64,000 nt of DNA from an uncultured cyanobacterium (GTDB lineage Bacteria > Cyanobacteriota > Cyanobacteriia > Cyanobacteriales > Nostocaceae), in the NCBI GenBank assembly GCA_963706595.1, contig OY970166.1:4960001-5024000 (forward strand), in the 5' to 3' direction. Below, piece by piece: positions 63,658-64,000 of this stretch (position 1 is the first letter of the stretch; each line of letters begins with the position of its first letter). The translations under genes were made by a program, and so were the position numbers. The notes beneath the pieces are model-generated. The model saw only the letters and a program-made list of their open reading frames with translations, had not been told where the DNA came from and did no database searches.

Positions 63658-63913
63658 AAAAAACTCTTGATTAACTAACTAAATTTATATTGCGGTAAAC
63701 TAGCCCAATAAAATCAAATAATTGGTGATTCCGCACTAAGTGTCGCTACGCGAAAATACATCCAGTATTTGTTTTTGCCTAGCAAAAAAGCAATACTGGA
63801 TGCAATCGTTATCACCCACATTATATCCCACCACTGATTCGGAGTACCAAATTCAGTGGGGGACTTACGGCGTAACAGTTAATTTTCTGGAATGTGGCCT
63901 GGCTGAAAAAATG

Positions 63914-64000
63914 GTGTGTTGCGCTAGACAACACACCCTACTGGACAGACACGCTTAAAATGTTGCAAAAAATTGTAGGTTGGGTTGACGTAAGGAAACC
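63914..64000. repeat. pair of GTAG-type REP-like hairpins in opposite orientation
   Basis: Minus strand GTAGGGTGTGTTG..CAACACACC at about 63914-63942; plus strand GTAGGTTGGGTTGACGTAAGGAAACC at 63976-64000 (truncated by the window edge). Confidence 0.6.

Noticed and set aside
63740..63958. 72-aa ORF
   Set aside because: No motif, and it runs through a REP hairpin

Overview
Chromosomal segment of a heterocyst-forming filamentous cyanobacterium (Nostocales). This is inferred from the coxB2A2C2-fdxB-cnfR/patB cluster, frequent HIP1 (GCGATCGC) sites, heptamer STRR arrays and Nostoc-type small dispersed repeats. Core genes are coxBAC, fdxB, cnfR, dnaK, dusB, psaAB, trpB, clpB, lpxD, acpP-fabF-tkt, ubiD, pstSCAB plus a second pstB, hppD and an OmpR-family regulator. 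Accessory modules sit between them: an Rpn nuclease with a probable intragenic antitoxin start; a stand-alone CyRepA1-like primase/helicase; an AT-rich island (small helical protein, Cys/His papain-like protein, orphan DUF433, KAP NTPase); an ietAS-type AAA-ATPase/S8-protease pair; a VapBC-like pair; a PEP-CTERM gene and an NYN protein. There are three non-autonomous IS200/IS605-derived elements, one probably retaining a promoter and TnpB omega-RNA, and several MITE/REP families. coxC and fabF each carry a 1-nt insertion, probably a sequencing artefact. No rRNA, tRNA or CRISPR array was seen. All family assignments come from motif recognition by eye, not from database searches.
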